Assembly (NCBI GenBank): GCA_018266795.1
Contig: JAFDZV010000004.1
Coordinates: forward strand, 69,273 to 133,272
DNA length: 64,000 nucleotides
Reading direction: 5' to 3'
From: Bacteroidota bacterium
GTDB taxonomy: Bacteria; Bacteroidota; Ignavibacteria; OLB7
Shown one piece after another: positions 46,755 to 57,734 of the stretch. A program made the position numbers and the translations under genes. The stretch's first letter is position 1. The number at the start of each line of letters is the position of its first letter. Under the pieces are notes generated by a model. It did no database searches. It had not been told where the DNA came from and saw only the letters and a list, made by a program, of their open reading frames with translations.

Positions 46755-48143
46755 CTACCTGCCGGTGGGAGAGTTCATGCGTCCCTCCCCGTTGCTCCGC
46801 GAGCCGTGATGCAGGTCCGTGAGATCCAGCTTCGTCGGCCGATCCTCCGCCGCCGGCGCCGCCGATGGTGCACTGGGGCCTGCCATGATCAGCAGCGCGT
46901 CGCTGTTGACGGAGTTGAGCGGGCTCGCGGTTCCGACAATCGCGAAGCGCGAACCGGGAAGAGCCAACGTGGCCGAGCCCCTCGGGCCGTCCCCTGTCTT
47001 GCCAACGCCCACCGTGCGCACGGGGACGCCCTGTGCGCTCAGAACCGTGAGGAGCGCCTGCGACAGGTTCGTATTTAGGTCCATCACGGTTCCCGTTGCT
47101 ACGTACGCTCCGTTGCCAAGCGGAGCGATGGAGGCGAATCCGAAATTGTCCGCCTTCATTCCCCAGTCCAGCTGCGAAACATACGACCTGCCGATCTCGT
47201 TGCCGTTCGCGTCGGTATGGATGGCCAACGCCTTGTATTCGATGGAGGTGTTCTCCGTGCTTGACCCGACAATCATGAAGCCGTCGTCTGTCTGGATGAC
47301 GCCGGATCCGTAACTGTTCTCCTTCCCCTCGTCGGCGTCGGACTGGTATTCATGCCACCAGACCGAATCACCCTGTGCGTTCAAGCGGAGCGCGAACGCA
47401 TGGTTGTTGCCGGTGATCGTTGCGTTCGTGTAGCCGGTTGCTATGTAGCCGCCGTCGCGCAACGGCGCCAGGCCGGAGGCATACTCGCTGACGTTTGGGA
47501 ACTCCGGATCGGGAGCCGTTCCGCGGTACGATCTGGCCCAGACGATCGCGCCCAGGCTGTCGAGTTTCCAATAGCCTATCTTGCTGTCCATACTGCGCCC
47601 CGCAATCAGGAAGCCGTGGTCGGGAGTGCTTGTTGCGGCATCGAGGTCGAACAGGCTTACGATCGCGCCGCTCGAGTCGGTGCCGAACGAACGCTGCCAG
47701 AGAATGCCTCCGTTGCGATCCAGCCGTGCGATCTGGCCGGGGTTGGTCTCGCGGTTATAGTGGTACCCAACCACCAGATAGCCGCCATCGGGCATCTGGT
47801 GCCCCGCAAGGAGTGCGGTGTGTTCCGCGGTGCCGATCCCCTGCTCCCACTGTCGGTTGCCGGCGCTGTCCGTTTTGACGACATAGCCGCTCGAGAGCGC
47901 GCGCGGGCCGCCAACGACACTTTCGCTGCTGCCCATCAGCAGGAATCCGCCGTCGTCTGTCTTGATGATTGCCGCTGCCCAGTCTGCCTGGTCACCGCCA
48001 TATCGCATGTCCCAGAGGAAATCCTGTGCGCGAAGAACCTGTGCCGTGCCCGGGAGAATGCATATCAAAGCAAACGCCGTGGCCAATCCCCATCTCGAAC
48101 CGGAAGAGACACGGCCTGTAGAACGTAGCGAATGTGCAAGCAT
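46755..48143 (-). CDS. secreted beta-propeller repeat protein
   Basis: Signal peptide (GLATAFALICILPGTAQVLRAQ). About 8 repeats of the D-G-G-(F/Y)-(L/I)-x-x-G type (DDGGFLLMGSS, DGGYLVVGYH, DHGFLIAGRS, DGGYIATGYT, DDGFMIVGSS). Start chosen at MLAHSLRS. Confidence 0.7.
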   Translation of the reverse strand: MLAHSLRSTGRVSSGSRWGLATAFALICILPGTAQVLRAQDFLWDMRYGGDQADWAAAIIKTDDGGFLLMGSSESVVGGPRALSSGYVVKTDSAGNRQWEQGIGTAEHTALLAGHQMPDGGYLVVGYHYNRETNPGQIARLDRNGGILWQRSFGTDSSGAIVSLFDLDAATSTPDHGFLIAGRSMDSKIGYWKLDSLGAIVWARSYRGTAPDPEFPNVSEYASGLAPLRDGGYIATGYTNATITGNNHAFALRLNAQGDSVWWHEYQSDADEGKENSYGSGVIQTDDGFMIVGSSTENTSIEYKALAIHTDANGNEIGRSYVSQLDWGMKADNFGFASIAPLGNGAYVATGTVMDLNTNLSQALLTVLSAQGVPVRTVGVGKTGDGPRGSATLALPGSRFAIVGTASPLNSVNSDALLIMAGPSAPSAAPAAEDRPTKLDLTDLHHGSRSNGEGRMNSPTGR

Positions 48144-48520
48144 GATGCGGCTCCGAGGAGTCAGTGAACAAGTGAGTTGCCGATGCAATGTTGCCGGAGT
48201 ACTGTCAGTAGAACGTGACCCCCTACACAGGCAAAAGTTTCAGGGACATTCATGGCGTTGCATGGCGGCACAGCGAGGGGGCGCTGGGGAAGAGCGCTAA
48301 AGATTATGTGCAGCCGGGAGCTCCTCCGTGTTGCTCTGAATGATGGGCCTCCGGAACACTCAACAGTACCGACCATGTATTCCGGTACGACGTACCAGGG
48401 GAACCACTCCTGACAAGACATTCACGGCCACGTGAAATACTTGGAACGCCTTCGGACCCTTGCGGCTCCGAAGGCGTTCAGAACGTAGAGTGCACCGGCA
48501 CTGTGCCGGTGTTGTCCGGG

Positions 48521-50350
48521 TTACTTCCCCAGCACCATCACACCGCGCGAGTATGCGTGTCCGCCGGCCGTAATGCGGATCATGTACGCACCGGTTGCCC
48601 AGCCCTCCGTGCTGATGGTGGCGTGATTGATACCGGCGCTTTCGTTGCTGCTGTGCCGATACACCACATTGCCGTTCATGTCGCTGAGGACGATCTCCAC
48701 CGTTCCATCCGCGGGTGCCACATACTCCACCGTCAGATTGCTTCCGGGCGCCACCGGGCTCGGGTAGGGGAGGATGGTGGTTTCGTTCACATCCACAATC
48801 TCGTTCCCGATGCCGCTCCCAACGTTCGGCTTCGCCGCGCCGCACGAACCGCAGTCCGGAATCGAACAGGCAAGCGTGCCGTCCGCGGTGTAGCAGATCT
48901 GCGACGCCCACGTCGGGCAGGAGGTTGTGATGTCCGGTGCACACGATGCGCCAACGTCCGTCACGATCGGAAGCCTGCACTCCGGGGAGAACGAGGGCGT
49001 TGTGCTGATTGCATTGTACGTAACGTCGTTGCAGTTGTCCGAGAGCGCCGTGTTGGTCTTGATCATGTAGAGCTGCTTCGGATCGGCAACGGTTCCATGC
49101 CCATAACCGGCAACGATGAAGCCGTCCGTGGTGCAGGGCGTGAGCGCCGTGGTCTGCGATACGGACCACCCCACGTCCACCTGCGCGCTGCCGTAGATCC
49201 GCCCTGCAGGGACTGCAACCTGCGCAAGCGTGCCGGTGGTGAACTCCTTCAGGAATACATCCTGCACGCCGTGCGTGAGCGTCATCGGCGGCGTAAGGTA
49301 ACCGGTAACGATCACCCTGCTTGCTCCCGTACCGGTGAACGGCGTGATCTCCCGCACGCAGTATCCCTCGTCCGGATTGTTGCCGTTGTCGCCGTACTCG
49401 CTCGCAACCTGGTTCGTGCAGGGATCGCTGCCCGTTTCAACCAGCAGCACCTCCGGGTGGCCGGGGTGTGCGAAGTCCGACTTGCCGACTGCGATGATGT
49501 CGCCGGCCTTCGTGCCCTGCGTGATCTTCTGAACGGAGCGCAGGTCCTCATCCGATGTGGTGCCGCCGTATGCAACGGCGTTGTGCGGCGCTGCTATGAA
49601 CGTGCCGGTGCTCGAGGTGCGTACGATCCATGCATCGTACGTGCCGGAAGGCGTGCTGTTCGTTCCGCCGGCTGCGATGATGTCGCCGTTGCTCGCCTCG
49701 TCCACCGCATAAAAGTAGTCGCGTCCGTGACGCGTGCCGTCGTACGTCTTCGCCCACTGGAGCGCGCCGGTGGCGTTGATGCGAACCAGGAATCCGTCGC
49801 TGCCGGCGTGGGCCGTGCCGGCGATTATATAGTCCGTGTTGCTGGCAACAACGATGTCGTAGCCGATCTCGTAGCCGCCGAAACCGTCATCGATGGAACG
49901 TGCCCAGATCGGGTTGCCGCAGCGATCGATGCGGAGCACCAGCAGATCCTGGTTCACGCCGCCGCATGGGTTCGGGTCCCACGTGGTGCCGGTAAGAACG
50001 AAGCCGTCCGTTGCGCCCGCAGGGGTCTTCACCTCCTGGATATCGTAGGCGATGTTGTCGTGGCCCATCCGATACGTACGGGCCCATGCAAGCGTGCCGT
50101 TGCTGTTGGTGCGAACCACATAGATATCCGTGCTTACGCAGCCCGCGTCAATGCTGTGCGTGACGCCGGCGGCCACGTAACCTCCCTCGGTAACCTGCTG
50201 CACGCCGCCGTGCCCTTCCTCATCGCAGGCTCCGCCAAACACATCCTCCCAGCGCTGTGCGCTCGCGCCGGCACAGGCCAGCACGGCCATCACCATGGCC
50301 GTGTATGAAAGCCGCACGATGGCTGCACGGCATGTTGTTCCTACGTTCAT
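48521..50350 (-). CDS. secreted beta-propeller repeat protein with T9SS C-terminal sorting domain
   Basis: Start MNVGTTCRAAIVRLSYTAMVMAVLACAGASAQ (signal peptide). The same DGG(Y/F) repeat type as the neighbouring gene. C-terminal ILPYPSPVAPGSNLTVEYVAPADGTVEIVLSDMNGNVVYRH...YMIRI is a Por-secretion CTD pattern. Confidence 0.8.
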   Translation of the reverse strand: MNVGTTCRAAIVRLSYTAMVMAVLACAGASAQRWEDVFGGACDEEGHGGVQQVTEGGYVAAGVTHSIDAGCVSTDIYVVRTNSNGTLAWARTYRMGHDNIAYDIQEVKTPAGATDGFVLTGTTWDPNPCGGVNQDLLVLRIDRCGNPIWARSIDDGFGGYEIGYDIVVASNTDYIIAGTAHAGSDGFLVRINATGALQWAKTYDGTRHGRDYFYAVDEASNGDIIAAGGTNSTPSGTYDAWIVRTSSTGTFIAAPHNAVAYGGTTSDEDLRSVQKITQGTKAGDIIAVGKSDFAHPGHPEVLLVETGSDPCTNQVASEYGDNGNNPDEGYCVREITPFTGTGASRVIVTGYLTPPMTLTHGVQDVFLKEFTTGTLAQVAVPAGRIYGSAQVDVGWSVSQTTALTPCTTDGFIVAGYGHGTVADPKQLYMIKTNTALSDNCNDVTYNAISTTPSFSPECRLPIVTDVGASCAPDITTSCPTWASQICYTADGTLACSIPDCGSCGAAKPNVGSGIGNEIVDVNETTILPYPSPVAPGSNLTVEYVAPADGTVEIVLSDMNGNVVYRHSSNESAGINHATISTEGWATGAYMIRITAGGHAYSRGVMVLGK

Positions 50351-50759
50351 GATCTCTCCTCCCGTAATCAGCATGTATGATTGCGCCGGATGCCGGCAGG
50401 TGCATGGGAAACCGTGCGTCGTGCCATGCGCGTGCATCCGGCTGGCGATTCATTATGATGCAGGCAGTTGTTGGTCGGTGGTGTGGGAGGATCACGGACG
50501 AAACTAGGGCGGGCTCGTGCGTTCCGGTAGTACATCATTGTGTACCGGTTGAAATTGCACTCGATTTCTCACTCGGATCGTTCCGTGTGATTCAATATTC
50601 ATCCACAACATTCGAGAAATGCTCTCGAAGAATCATCCGGGTAACTCTCGGGCATGTACCGGCATGCCGCCGTGAAGCCAGCGGCGCACGCAGGTTCTCA
50701 GGCATGCGAGGCTGGATCGGGACTGCCGATGATCATGGCCGATGTGTCATGGATGTGAA

Positions 50760-51205
50760 TGTCCACCGGCATGGCGCAGCAATGCCGCCATGGACCAACG
50801 GAACAATCTCTCTGCAGAAGCCGCACCCTTCTATTCTTCCGGGCTGCGCCCGGGAACGACCCCTCTGTCATGGCGAATACACATGCCGCTCCCTGCGGGG
50901 AGCTTGTTATCGCTGGAACTTCCCGTGCGCTACAGACAGGACGTACGTACGTGTGCACATGGCATCGCATCACGCTGCCGCCCGGCGTGCCGCCCGGCGT
51001 GGCACAACGTTCGCACATCCCGGCACGTGATTCGAATCCGCGTTCGCATCGCACCGCCGCATATGGTGTTTCCGATCGGCTTGAAACGCGAGCCATCCCA
51101 TCTGTAGCAGCCGCGCCCTTCTCTCGGCCAGCAAGCACGGCCGGGGACGACCTCACTGTCACCGTGCCGTGGACGGATGGCGTGAAGATCATTCCGTAAT
51201 CAGGT
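50760..51205. repeat. dispersed structured repeat family A, copy 3
   Basis: caatctctctgcagaagccgcaccc...cccgggaacgacccctctgtcatggcgaatacacatgccgctccctgcggggagctt matches copy 1 in the same orientation. Confidence 0.75.
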
Positions 51206-51329
51206 GGCCGGATATTGCTTGGCCGGCTCTGTCTGATAATTGTTTTGTGATCCGGGCGCTCGGGCGGAGCGATCCGGCCCGGACTGGATTGCCGGACAGA
51301 GCCTGATGACATCGGGCCGCAGGCCGCGA

Positions 51330-52082
51330 TTACGGTGCGAACGTCGTGTGCAGTTCGATTGTCTGCGTTTCGGTAATCCTGTAGCGAACACGGTTCGGGG
51401 TAAGCGTGTCGCGATTGAGATATCGCTGCAGCGTGATGGTGGCAGTGCCCGGAAGCCAGCCCTGCGCGGCCAGCCCCTCCGGCGCGATGGCGAACGCGCC
51501 GTTGTCTGCAAGCAGATAGAACATTCCAGAGGTGATGCTGTCCGTGCCGTGCAGCATCGTTCCGAGGATTCCGAATGCGATCTGCGAGCCGTTGCGCCGG
51601 CCGGCTGTATCCCACGTCATCAGGAGCCCTCGCGAAAGCGAAATGGTGTCCGCCGCATGCGGGCTTCGCAGGTGCAGCCACGTGGCGAGAGCCGGGATGC
51701 TGTCGGAGAAGGTGGGGATTGTTCCAAGGCCATCCACGTGCCAGCGATTGAAACCGCCTCCATGTGCCATCGAGAGTACGGGGCTGGCAGCGGTGTCCGC
51801 GTAATAGGTGCCGGACATCGGGATTGCGGTGCCGTTGAGCTGCACGCCCGTAACCGGTACGGGGGCGGACGTATCGCCCCGGGCAGGATCGCGGAACAAC
51901 GCGGTGACCGATTCGGTGTAGGCCGTGTCGTTGCCGTTCAATGCAACATGCTGTTCCGAAGTGAGGCTGATCGCGAGCGGGTGGGCGATCACCACAGCGT
52001 TCCAGTCGGGGCCGCTTGCGGTGCTGCAGGAGAGAAGTGTTGCCGCGGCTGCAACCGCGAGCGCAGTGTGAAGGGGTTTCAT
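51330..52082 (-). CDS. lipoprotein, hypothetical
   Basis: MKPLHTALAVAAAATLLSCS lipobox-like signal; 250 aa; no recognised domain. Confidence 0.55.
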   Translation of the reverse strand: MKPLHTALAVAAAATLLSCSTASGPDWNAVVIAHPLAISLTSEQHVALNGNDTAYTESVTALFRDPARGDTSAPVPVTGVQLNGTAIPMSGTYYADTAASPVLSMAHGGGFNRWHVDGLGTIPTFSDSIPALATWLHLRSPHAADTISLSRGLLMTWDTAGRRNGSQIAFGILGTMLHGTDSITSGMFYLLADNGAFAIAPEGLAAQGWLPGTATITLQRYLNRDTLTPNRVRYRITETQTIELHTTFAP

Positions 52083-52247
52083 CGGGCCGGCTGCCTGTGA
52101 TGGCGGACTTCGAGCTTCGCGTGCCGTGCCCGCCGGATATGAAGCGCCGGCAACCTACGCGCTCCGCAACGACGGTACAATACAACCTTTGTAGTAGCCG
52201 GAGAGCCTGCGCCCCGGCGCGTGAGCGCCTGACGGAGCCGGCTGCCG

Positions 52248-53036
52248 CTACAGTGCGATGAACTTCGCGAAGACCTCGTTGATGCTTCCGGTTCCCATCT
52301 TCCCATGTATCGTATTGATGTGCTTCTTCACCGTGGAGACGGCGATCCCCAGATCCGCGCCGATCTCCTTGTACGATCGGCCGATCATTCGCATCCACAT
52401 GATCTTCTGCTCCTGTGGTGTCAGATTCGCATCGGCGAAGAACCGGTATGCGGCTGCAACAACCGTCTGCGAATGAGCATGGCGCTCGCGATGGTGCGCG
52501 ATGAAATTGGAGAAGACGAAGGCGAGGAACGGCTTCATCCGTTCCATCAGTTCGAGCGTGTTCGCCGAGAGCGGTGGCCTGCCGATGTCGCGCCAGAGCA
52601 TGATGCCGCCAACCCGCACGCCGGCATGCCGAAGCTCCACCATCGCGGGAGGGTGATGCAGATGAAGCGGATAGCCCATGCGGCGCAGATCGTCGAGGAA
52701 TTCCTCGAGCGGCGCCTCGTGATCCGTCTCCGTATGGCTTGCCACCATTCCTTCTGTGCCGGCCTGGTCCTGCGCCCTGTAGCTGCGCAATGCCAGCCGG
52801 GAATCCGGTGCGGGGAGCTGATGGATCGCGCCGGGCGAATCGCCCGCAACGGCATCGTACACAACGAATGCGGAGATGCGGTCCGCGTCGGGGAGGAGCG
52901 GCTGGAGCGCGGCGCGGAACGTTCCGATCCACTGGTCGAACCCGGCCGCGCTGCCGCCACCGGCGGCGTTGCATTCCAGCACATCGGGGAGTGCGTTCAG
53001 GAACTCGAGCAATCGATCGGCGGAGATGGAGGCCAT
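52248..53036 (-). CDS. LuxR-family transcriptional regulator
   Basis: C-terminal LTPQEQKIMWMRMIGRSYKEIGADLGIAVSTVKKHINTIHGKMG (LuxR/GerE HTH); N-terminal about 190-aa sensor-like domain. Confidence 0.75.
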   Translation of the reverse strand: MASISADRLLEFLNALPDVLECNAAGGGSAAGFDQWIGTFRAALQPLLPDADRISAFVVYDAVAGDSPGAIHQLPAPDSRLALRSYRAQDQAGTEGMVASHTETDHEAPLEEFLDDLRRMGYPLHLHHPPAMVELRHAGVRVGGIMLWRDIGRPPLSANTLELMERMKPFLAFVFSNFIAHHRERHAHSQTVVAAAYRFFADANLTPQEQKIMWMRMIGRSYKEIGADLGIAVSTVKKHINTIHGKMGTGSINEVFAKFIAL

Positions 53037-53642
53037 TGCAGTTGGTAATTCGGAGATGCTCCGCGCACGTTGACAGGCCGAAGGCAGCCGCGTCGTACCA
53101 GCGGTGTCCGGAGCGCTCGATTATTGCCGAATGGTTCGGTCTGAAGGCCATGCTGCCTCCTGCGCGGCTGATCCGGACGCGCACGTAGAATGCGGCAAGG
53201 TAGCGATTCCAACGTATCGAAATCAGCTGCTGCCGCAGGCGGTAGTGGCTCATTTTGCATTTCGATGGGAGTAGTCCGTGCCTGCATGCAGGACTGGGAC
53301 CACTCCGCTGGAGCTTGAAGATTCCATCCGCTCATATCCTACCGATGGAGCGCCGCTCCGCGGCTTGACAGCATGACCGGTTGCGCCAGTGCCGGGTACC
53401 GCAAGCGTCGTCAGGCGCGAACCGTCGGTAGCATGCACACGCCCAACGTAAACAGGCACCGTAGTGCGAACCATTCGGCGCACGGACTCCGGCAAACCGA
53501 GTCACTACCTGGCGGGCGGCACATTTTCGTACTGCACCTCTTCAATACCGTTGCCGTGATGATTAAATTCCGCTCCCTCTGTTGCATCGCGTTGCGACAT
53601 GCCGCCGGGTGCGGCGCGCTCGCGTTTCATGATTTTTGAATT

Positions 53643-55532
53643 GTGGTTTCGGAGACCGCCATGGCTGTTGATGATTCCTGGCTGCATCCCGTTCATGATG
53701 ATCTTGTTGCGCACCTGAAGCATCTGTGGGACATCCGGCCGGTTATGGCTGCGCTCACGATTGCTACGGATGCGGAGTTCGCGGAGCTTTGTTTTAAGCG
53801 GCGCTGGTTCCGGCATTCGTTGAAACTGTTCGAAGCGCTTGCGCACAGGCAGGATCTGGCGATTCAGGAGAGAAGGATCCACCTGAATTTTCATCGCGAG
53901 AAGTATCGCCGGATGTTGCTGGCACGGGACCCGGGCGCCGCGGCGATCCAGCTCGAGATCGAAGAGGGGGGGAGTGAATTGGGAGAGGCGTGCGACGTAC
54001 TGGGGGATGCCTGGAACGATATCGGCGCAACGCTTGCGGTGCTTGGCATGCACAGGGAGGCCGAGCAGGCCTATGCCCGGGCGAATGAACACTACAACGG
54101 CTATCCGTACGCATTCGACAATCTCGCGACACTGTATGCGCGCACCGGGAACTATGCTTCGGCATGGTGTGCATGGAATGGTGCGCGCTGGCGTTATGAG
54201 GACATGGCCACTGTTGCATATCAACGGAAATGGCCGGGACACTTCGTTGCGCAGGGGGAGCTGCTGCGCGAGGTGTTTGGCGACCTGGACGCGGCTGCCG
54301 CGGCATACCGCCAGGGGATCGATCTGATGGATGGCCAACCGTGGTATATCCCGTATGTGGGATTGTTCAAGATTGCAGTGGAGCGGCGTGACGAGGTTGG
54401 CGGCATTGGAATTGCGTTGGAGACGCGCTCTGCCTTCGTGACCGCTGTCGAGAACACTTCCGCGTACCTGGAGAGCCAGCCCGATCTGGACGCGGTGGTG
54501 GCAATCGGCGAGATGCATCTGCTGATGGAGAATTATGGTGCGGCCGAAGAAATTTTTCTGGCTGCACGGACGTTCGACTCATGGTGTGCGGAGCAGATCC
54601 CAACCGAATATATGCGCTCTGCCGTTCCGGCCGTGAATCTTGGGGTGCTATGTGTCCGGAGGCAGTGCAACGAAGTGCCGGGCAACGACGATGCATCGGA
54701 TCGGTCTCTTGTGAACAGCCAGTTCGTACGGGCGCTCGGGTTCTTCACCGAAGCGGTGCGTATCGACCCGGAGGATCTGGCGGCGCGCAGCAACCGTGCG
54801 GAGGTGCTTCTTCGGCTCGGCCGGCTGGACGACGCTGAGCGGGAGTATCGTGCGATTCTGCGAACCGCGCCGGGCAACGTGGATTCGTTGGTAGGCCTGG
54901 CGGAGCTCTATCTGGAGCGCGGATCCAACGGCGATCAGATGATGCTGCAGCAGGCGAAGGTGTATCTGGACGATGCGATTCGTTGTATCGATAGTGGTAT
55001 CTCCTCCAAACGCATCAACGGCCGCGGACAGGCCCAGATTCTGCACCTGCGTGGCTACACGCTTGCGAAGCTGTTGATGGCCGAACGCGGGCCGCATGCG
55101 ATGGGCCTGGCCTCCAACGCATTGCATGATTTCAGGAACGCAATCGTGGCGGATCCGGATCTGCATGTCGCACAGCATGCGGCGGAGCGTATGAAGCTGG
55201 CGTTCGGCTCCTCGATGCCGGTACGATGGTTCGAGTCATACATGCCGCTCGCGATTACCGCTCTCGGTGTTGCATTGGTTGCCTTCAGCACGCTCTGGCT
55301 GGTGGGATGTATTCCCATCTACAGCAACAAAAGTCTGACCGGCTCCGAGCGAGTAATTCTGAGCCCGCCGGAATTCATCGCCATGGTGACCATGGGTTTC
55401 GCGATCATGATCGTAGGCTCCTATCTACCGAGGATATTGAAGCTGAAAATGGCCGGTGTTGAAATAGAAAAAAGCACGATGGACAATATCGACACGGTAT
55501 GCCTGATGAGCATCAGCCGGGTGAAGAGGTGA
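53643..55532 (+). CDS. TPR-repeat protein with C-terminal transmembrane anchor
   Basis: Multiple TPR units (AYARANEHYNGYPYAFDNLATLYARTGNYASAWCAW, AEVLLRLGRLDDAEREYRAILRTAPGNVDSLVGLAELY); two C-terminal TM helices (LAITALGVALVAFSTLWLVGCI, FIAMVTMGFAIMIVGSYL). Confidence 0.7.
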   Translation: MVSETAMAVDDSWLHPVHDDLVAHLKHLWDIRPVMAALTIATDAEFAELCFKRRWFRHSLKLFEALAHRQDLAIQERRIHLNFHREKYRRMLLARDPGAAAIQLEIEEGGSELGEACDVLGDAWNDIGATLAVLGMHREAEQAYARANEHYNGYPYAFDNLATLYARTGNYASAWCAWNGARWRYEDMATVAYQRKWPGHFVAQGELLREVFGDLDAAAAAYRQGIDLMDGQPWYIPYVGLFKIAVERRDEVGGIGIALETRSAFVTAVENTSAYLESQPDLDAVVAIGEMHLLMENYGAAEEIFLAARTFDSWCAEQIPTEYMRSAVPAVNLGVLCVRRQCNEVPGNDDASDRSLVNSQFVRALGFFTEAVRIDPEDLAARSNRAEVLLRLGRLDDAEREYRAILRTAPGNVDSLVGLAELYLERGSNGDQMMLQQAKVYLDDAIRCIDSGISSKRINGRGQAQILHLRGYTLAKLLMAERGPHAMGLASNALHDFRNAIVADPDLHVAQHAAERMKLAFGSSMPVRWFESYMPLAITALGVALVAFSTLWLVGCIPIYSNKSLTGSERVILSPPEFIAMVTMGFAIMIVGSYLPRILKLKMAGVEIEKSTMDNIDTVCLMSISRVKR

Positions 55533-55725
55533 GATGCGTGTGCTCCGGAGGCGGCATTGTTGTATATGCACCCGCACGCAATGAAATATCGGCCTGCTCC
55601 TCGCATTCATATGCTTCATATGCGCGACAAGAACAGGCCGGTATGAGCCGATGCATCAATGAATACTCTGCATGCTTGCACAACATGCGGCAGCCCGGAT
55701 TGGGTTCGCGGGAATTCGGATATGG

Positions 55726-57126
55726 TCAGGGGGTAACGGGATCGAAGGACTGTCGCAGGCGGAGCGAATCGGCATGGGTGATCCGTGTGCGCAGGGCGTG
55801 AGCGCTCAGCACGATACGCCGTGCGTTCCAGTAGGAGGCGATGCCCGATTGCAACTGCAGGGAATAATCCAGACCGATCCACCCAGGGGTCAGGGCCTGG
55901 CCCGGTTTCAGGTTCTGCGTGAAGAATGACTGAAGGTCGTCGATGTTCTTTCTGTCGAACTTCTTCGAAGGGCTCGGGATCGGTATGGCATCATTTAGCG
56001 GACGTTGTGCCTGGGAGTGGCACCCGATGCACGATGCATTCGGATTATCCACCGGACCATTCAGGCGCCCGTGCCATCCCATGGTGCCGCGAAAACTCTT
56101 CTGTACATCGGGGTCGATGAACTGCTCGGCGTTCGCCTCCATTCCCTTCGCGGCGCGGGCCGGATCGTTCCCCCACGCAATGCCGATGGGATAGACGCAG
56201 AACCAACCGGTATCTGCCCCCGACGCCATCTCCCTCAACTCCGGCGCGATCCCCCTTCTACCATCCATGAGGAAGGATCCGAACACCCAGCCGGTTCCCT
56301 GGTCGGCCCGTGTATCGCGAACCATGATGTCGATCTGGATCAGGCGCAGCGGCGTTCGCTGCGATACATCGTTCCGGGTGATGCTAGCAAGCCATACCGG
56401 GCTGGCTTTCAGATACGGAACATCCGAATCGTGGGCCGACGTGAACAGAAGCTTGAACGCAACGGTTCCAACCGGGAATCTTACCGTATCGGCCAGACTG
56501 CCATCGCAGATCTTTTCCCACGCGTTTCGGATTGCGAATCCTCCGGCCTCGTTGTAGAAGCCAACAGCCCAGTTCTTCGTTGAGTCTCGCTTATTCGAAG
56601 CATCGTACAGATCCTTGATTGGCGCCTCACGTTCCTGCGTTAGCCCATGCAGCCATTCGCGCCCCCCGTATCCGTCTTTTCTTGCCTTATCCGAAGAGCT
56701 CAGTTTCAGATGCATCCAGGGGGCATGGTACCACTGTCGGATCATGTTCTTCTGAACGTCGAAGCCGTTGGTGACATTCCCTTCGTATACGTACTTCAGT
56801 ACGGCATACAGGTAGCTGTGCCAGTTGACGCTGCTGGTGGGATCGAACTGCATCCACGGCCGGTCGCCGGGAGCCGGAGTGGGAAGGGCCGTTGGATAAT
56901 TCGCGCTCAGAACGAATGCCACGGAATCCGCGGGGTGATCGAAAACCGATTCGCGCGGATGGCATGAGGTATCGGGAAGGTTACCCGTGAGCGCCGCCGT
57001 TGCTGCGGCGTGGGTGGATGAATCGTGCGTGCCTGTATTCTCCCTGCGCTCAGGGGAAGAACCCGTTGCAGCTGCAATCGCCATCAGGGAGGCGAGCGAT
57101 ACTGCTGTCAGTAGTTGCCGTTGCAT
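55726..57126 (-). CDS. secreted hypothetical protein with a single CxxCH motif
   Basis: Start MQRQLLTAVSLASLMAIAAATG (signal peptide). CIGCH near the C-terminus could bind heme c; no other recognisable domain. Confidence 0.6.
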   Translation of the reverse strand: MQRQLLTAVSLASLMAIAAATGSSPERRENTGTHDSSTHAAATAALTGNLPDTSCHPRESVFDHPADSVAFVLSANYPTALPTPAPGDRPWMQFDPTSSVNWHSYLYAVLKYVYEGNVTNGFDVQKNMIRQWYHAPWMHLKLSSSDKARKDGYGGREWLHGLTQEREAPIKDLYDASNKRDSTKNWAVGFYNEAGGFAIRNAWEKICDGSLADTVRFPVGTVAFKLLFTSAHDSDVPYLKASPVWLASITRNDVSQRTPLRLIQIDIMVRDTRADQGTGWVFGSFLMDGRRGIAPELREMASGADTGWFCVYPIGIAWGNDPARAAKGMEANAEQFIDPDVQKSFRGTMGWHGRLNGPVDNPNASCIGCHSQAQRPLNDAIPIPSPSKKFDRKNIDDLQSFFTQNLKPGQALTPGWIGLDYSLQLQSGIASYWNARRIVLSAHALRTRITHADSLRLRQSFDPVTP

Positions 57127-57284
57127 ATATCTCCTCCTGGAATACTGATTGTGCGTCTGTATATGCGGCGGGGTGAAGCCGAATGGAATGATAGCAGTGC
57201 GTACCGTACATGAACGGTTCCGTTGCCAGCGGCAGGCGGCACGCCGCAATGGTGGCTGGCGCGCCGCCCGTGTGCCGATGGTGC

Positions 57285-57614
57285 TCACATGTCGTCGATG
57301 ATCAGCCAGTAGGCGCTGCGGCTCGGGAAGCCGGGGACGGAGTTCGAGGCAACATAGGTGGCGTGCACAGTCCGCTGCGTTTTTTGAAGCTGTACCGGCG
57401 TCCGCGTGCCCATATCGACCCGGGTGCCGTCCACTATGGCATGTGTTGTCGTCGTGTCGTCGGCGATATCTTCCCAGAAGCCACCGTTTACCGTATACGA
57501 GCGTTGCAGGTCCGTATCGCCGGCACCGTTTGAAATGTGGAACATCACAGTGAGCGGCAGCTCCTCCGGGTTCAGGTTGTTGATGTTCGAGTGGATGAAA
57601 AGGTTCTGTGCCAT
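57285..57614 (-). CDS. small hypothetical protein (110 aa)
   Basis: GGAGGA RBS then ATG (MAQNLFIHSNI); lies upstream of the CxxCH protein gene, possible operon. Confidence 0.45.
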   Translation of the reverse strand: MAQNLFIHSNINNLNPEELPLTVMFHISNGAGDTDLQRSYTVNGGFWEDIADDTTTTHAIVDGTRVDMGTRTPVQLQKTQRTVHATYVASNSVPGFPSRSAYWLIIDDM

Positions 57615-57734
57615 GGTATGATCCTCCAACAGGTTGCGATTACGCAGCGGCATGTTGTTTTGGGGTGATACCGTTGCCGGGATGCAACATGTCGCATCGA
57701 GATCTGTTTTTCGCTACGACAACATTGCGACCGG

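Noticed and set aside
48503-50308. 601-aa plus-strand ORF antisense to the T9SS beta-propeller gene
   Set aside because: The minus-strand product has signal peptide, repeat architecture and a T9SS CTD. The plus ORF is an Arg/Val/Ala-rich GC artefact.
50990-51060. GATTCGAATCC segment resembling a tRNA T-loop inside repeat copy 3
   Set aside because: I could not build acceptor, D or anticodon arms around it. The segment is absent from the other two copies' corresponding positions, so it is likely a chance match.
50698-53253. 851-aa minus-strand ORF across repeat copy 3, the lipoprotein gene and the LuxR regulator
   Set aside because: It crosses a dispersed repeat and two separately recognisable genes in other frames. 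Composition is typical of spurious high-GC ORFs.
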